From the NCBI GenBank assembly GCA_965217895.1, contig CBDCJV010000002.1:4192001-4256000 (forward strand): 64,000 bases of DNA, read 5' to 3'. Source of the stretch: Waterburya sp. (GTDB lineage Bacteria; Cyanobacteriota; Cyanobacteriia; Cyanobacteriales; Xenococcaceae). Under the pieces are notes generated by a model that saw nothing but the letters and a program-made list of their open reading frames with translations, had not been told where the DNA came from and made no database searches. Position numbers and translations under genes: made by a program. This document shows, piece after piece, positions 60,945 through 64,000 of the stretch (position 1 is the stretch's first letter; the number at the start of each line of letters is the position of its first letter).

Positions 60945-63900
60945 ATGGCGATTACGGCTAATACACTTGCTGATATTTTTAGCGTTAAGCGTCGCTATTC
61001 TCGTTCCGTCAACTTAGAGAGAGATTTAGAACAATCCGATGCGCTGCAAGGATACATCCTGACTGAAAGATCGGTTGATGCTCTGCGGAGAGTTCTATCT
61101 GGATTAGGTGAAGGTACTAGTAATGCCTGGACGTTGACTAGCGTTTATGGAACGGGAAAATCTGCTTTTGCTCATTATTTAGCTTCTCTATGTGCGCCCT
61201 CTAAGAGCAAAATGCGATCGTTTTCTTTAGAAATTACTCAAGCTGCTTTAGGAGCTGAAAGTGAAGAGTATCAAGCTTTAGAATCATCTATTCCCCAACA
61301 GGGGTATCTTCGTGCTGTAGCTGTAGCTCAAAGAGAGCCAATTAGTAACACAGTTGTTCGGGCATTACTTAGGGGTGCAGAAACATTTTGGACTCCTGCA
61401 AAACGAAAAAAGATTGAGGCGGTATCTAAATTACAAGAATTAGCAGCAGAAATAGAGCTAGGTAATAAAATTGATGGCAACGAAATTCCTGCTTTGCTTA
61501 AGGAACTAGCTAAAGCTTCTAAGACGGGACTTTTCCTAATTGTCGATGAGTTGGGCAAAAACTTAGAATATGCCTCTAATAATCAAGGTGCTGAAGACTT
61601 ATATCTCCTACAGCAACTAGCGGAGCTTCCTAGAGACGGTAAGCATCCTATTTATATTCTGGGAATTTTACACCAAGCTTTTGCTGATTACAGTCAAAGA
61701 TTAGCCTCCATTCAGCGTAATGAATGGTCAAAAATTCAGGGGCGATTTGAGGATATTCCCTTTACCGAATCAGCAGGTCAAATGATGCGATTAATCGGTA
61801 AGGCGATCAATCAGACCAGTACAGATACTTACGCTTGTGCGTTACATAATCAGGCTCAAGAATGGTTTGCGCGTTTAGATAATGTTTTTGGGAGAGAGGA
61901 ACTGAATGCAGAGATTTTAGAGCAAGTATATCCCTTACATCCTGTGTCTGCTCTAGTTTTACCGATTTTATGCCAACGGTATGCTCAAAACGATCGCTCT
62001 TTGTTTACTTTCCTGACAAGTTCTGAACCCTATTCCTTCAATAATTATTTGTCAGAGATGACAGTTGAAGGTGATAGGTTGCCATCCCTCAAGCTAGATA
62101 GGCTATATGACTACTTTATTGAAGCAGCAGGAATGGGACTAGCCTCTCGCCCAAATTTACAAAGATGGGTAGAGATTCAGGATTTGATAGCTGATGCTAG
62201 GCATCGCGATCCAGATATACTTAGAGTTCTCAAAACTATTGGAATTCTTAATTTAGTAACTATCACTGGCTTAACAAGGGCTACTCGTAAACTAGTTACA
62301 TTTGCCATGTGCGATCGCCCTGATGATATAAAAGAAATTGAATCTTGGGATCGGGTCATTGGCGAATTGCTAGAAAAAGGTTTAATCACCCACCGTCGTC
62401 AATTAGACGAACTGCGTATTTGGCAGGGTTCTGACTTTAATGTAGACAATGAGCTAATACGCTATCGAGAAGAAAACCGAGAACCATTGTTTGAGCTGTT
62501 GTCTTCGATTCGCCCTCTAAAGCCTTTGGTCGCTCAACGGCACAGCTATCAAACAGGAACGTTGCGTTATTTCGAGCGTTGTTATTTAGACAGTTCGGGC
62601 GATTTAAATGAGTTGGCTTCTTCTAGCAATGAAAGCGATGGACTTATTGGTTATTGGGTAGACGACATAAAACCCGAAACAGTGCCAAATTTAACTGCTG
62701 ATGGTAAACCACTAATAATATCGTGTGCTGCCGAACTGGAATCTTTGCGGATAAGAGCTAGGGAATATGCAGCATTGAAAAAGATTCAGAAAACATCTCC
62801 CGAATTACAAACTGATGGTGTTGCTAGAAGAGAAGTTCGCTACAGAATTACACAAGCAGAGCAATTGCTGTACGAATCTCTTCAAGAATCTTTTGAACTG
62901 GCAAATGATAAAAATGATTGCTGGATTGAAGGAAAACAGGAAACCATTCGTAATATCACCGAATTTAATTCCCACCTTTCGGCAGTATGCGATCGCATTT
63001 ACAATCTCAGTCCCAAAATTTGGAACGAACTAATCAACCGTCGTCAGCTTACTTCTCAAGGAGCTAAAGCCAGGCGACAATTAATTGAAGCTCTGATCGA
63101 AAATTCTGGCGTAGAAAAACTTGGATTAGAAGGATATGGTCCCGAAGTTACCATGTATCATTCTCTTCTTGGAGAAACCAGAATTCACAGGGAAGAAGAT
63201 GGGTATTGGGATATTTATCCGCCAGAGAAAGGATCGGGAGTATGGACGTTATGGCAAGCTGTTGATAAATTTTGTTTGGCTGCCAAAGAAAAACCGCAAA
63301 CTCTAGACCGTCTCTATCAAAAATTGGCAAATCCGCCTTATGGAATCAAGCAGGGAATGATTCCTATATTAATAGCTGCGGTATTGATCTATCACCTTGA
63401 TGATGTAGGTGTTTATCAAGACGGTACATTTATTCCTCTTCTGGGAATAGAGCATTTTGAGTTGTTGCTCAAAGATCCCTCTCGTTTTGCGGTCAAATCC
63501 TTTGAATTTATGGGGTTGCGATCGCAAGTTTTTAAAGAACTTGAGGCTATTTTACGCAGCTCTAAAGCTAAAAAAACTGGTAAATTGCGGAATGCGACTC
63601 TTTTAACCGTTGTGACTCCCCTCTATCAGTTTGTAAATAAGCTACCAAACTACACAAAACAAACTAAACGCTTGAGTCCAGAAGCAGTAGCTGTTTTACA
63701 AGACTTACAGAAAACAGTAGAACCAGACAAACTTCTGTTTACAGAACTTCCTCAAGCCTGTGGTTTACCTGCTATTGGCACGGAAGAAGCTGATGATGGC
63801 ACTACAGCTAAGGAATTGCGTGTAAACTTAGTCAAGGTTATTAAAGAGCTTAATCAAGCATACGATAACTTATTGGCTGAGTGTCAAAGTCTACTTCTCG

Positions 63901-64000
63901 ATGCTTTTGGAGTTCGCAGGGGAGAGTCAAAATTAAGAGAAGATTTACGAGTCAGATCTAACTATTTAATTGACAAGTGTATCGAACCAACTCTGAAACG
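60945..64000 (+). CDS. Large P-loop ATPase (SspC/BrxC-like), runs off the window end (>1000 aa)
   Basis: Manual translation MAITANTLADIFSVKRRYSRSVNLERD...SVYGTGKS (Walker A)...IVDELGKNLEY (Walker B)...EWSKIQGRF...YPLHP...QNDRSLFTFL...PPYGIK. Confidence 0.85.
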   Translation, partial: MAITANTLADIFSVKRRYSRSVNLERDLEQSDALQGYILTERSVDALRRVLSGLGEGTSNAWTLTSVYGTGKSAFAHYLASLCAPSKSKMRSFSLEITQAALGAESEEYQALESSIPQQGYLRAVAVAQREPISNTVVRALLRGAETFWTPAKRKKIEAVSKLQELAAEIELGNKIDGNEIPALLKELAKASKTGLFLIVDELGKNLEYASNNQGAEDLYLLQQLAELPRDGKHPIYILGILHQAFADYSQRLASIQRNEWSKIQGRFEDIPFTESAGQMMRLIGKAINQTSTDTYACALHNQAQEWFARLDNVFGREELNAEILEQVYPLHPVSALVLPILCQRYAQNDRSLFTFLTSSEPYSFNNYLSEMTVEGDRLPSLKLDRLYDYFIEAAGMGLASRPNLQRWVEIQDLIADARHRDPDILRVLKTIGILNLVTITGLTRATRKLVTFAMCDRPDDIKEIESWDRVIGELLEKGLITHRRQLDELRIWQGSDFNVDNELIRYREENREPLFELLSSIRPLKPLVAQRHSYQTGTLRYFERCYLDSSGDLNELASSSNESDGLIGYWVDDIKPETVPNLTADGKPLIISCAAELESLRIRAREYAALKKIQKTSPELQTDGVARREVRYRITQAEQLLYESLQESFELANDKNDCWIEGKQETIRNITEFNSHLSAVCDRIYNLSPKIWNELINRRQLTSQGAKARRQLIEALIENSGVEKLGLEGYGPEVTMYHSLLGETRIHREEDGYWDIYPPEKGSGVWTLWQAVDKFCLAAKEKPQTLDRLYQKLANPPYGIKQGMIPILIAAVLIYHLDDVGVYQDGTFIPLLGIEHFELLLKDPSRFAVKSFEFMGLRSQVFKELEAILRSSKAKKTGKLRNATLLTVVTPLYQFVNKLPNYTKQTKRLSPEAVAVLQDLQKTVEPDKLLFTELPQACGLPAIGTEEADDGTTAKELRVNLVKVIKELNQAYDNLLAECQSLLLDAFGVRRGESKLREDLRVRSNYLIDKCIEPTLK

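Larger units (their letters stand above)
45370..64000. mobile_element. tRNA-Pro-integrated integrative mobilizable/conjugative element (right end outside the window)
   Basis: Integrase immediately after the tRNA, then xis, rep, dnaB, repressor, T4CP, MOBF relaxase, partition-like and defence genes. Confidence 0.85.

Noticed and set aside
61328..63330. Short ORFs listed in the track
   Set aside because: Shadows of the long plus-strand ATPase frame starting at 60945

Overview
AT-rich cyanobacterial chromosome; the HIP1 octamer GCGATCGC is frequent and the gene content resembles Pleurocapsales (inference). 1-45.3 kb is host backbone: psbA (Q130, D1:1 type), ebsA, a DRTGG/phosphotransacetylase-like gene, ntcB-cnaT, csaB, a dynamin-like GTPase, a broken and rearranged chemosensory cluster (cheB, cheA, patA-like, cheR, cheW, MCP), cimA, a secreted CHAT protease next to a beta-barrel gene, COP23, a Na+/solute symporter, a minor-pilin cluster interrupted by a toxin-antitoxin graveyard, a transglutaminase-like gene, a GH13 enzyme and IS630 debris. 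From tRNA-Pro(GGG) at 45340 to the window end lies an integrative, probably mobilizable and self-replicating element: tyrosine integrase, an ART-like two-gene module, split DnaB, a Rep with internal 20-bp iterons, Xis, an XRE-pentapeptide regulator, T4CP, MOBF relaxase, a stbABC-like operon, and a DUF4007 + large ATPase pair resembling Ssp phosphorothioation genes. The most unusual signal is two different perfect palindromes in the DUF4007 gene, each a 33-nt in-frame insert placed exactly at the centre of a HIP1 site. All calls are from reading the sequence; no database searches were run.
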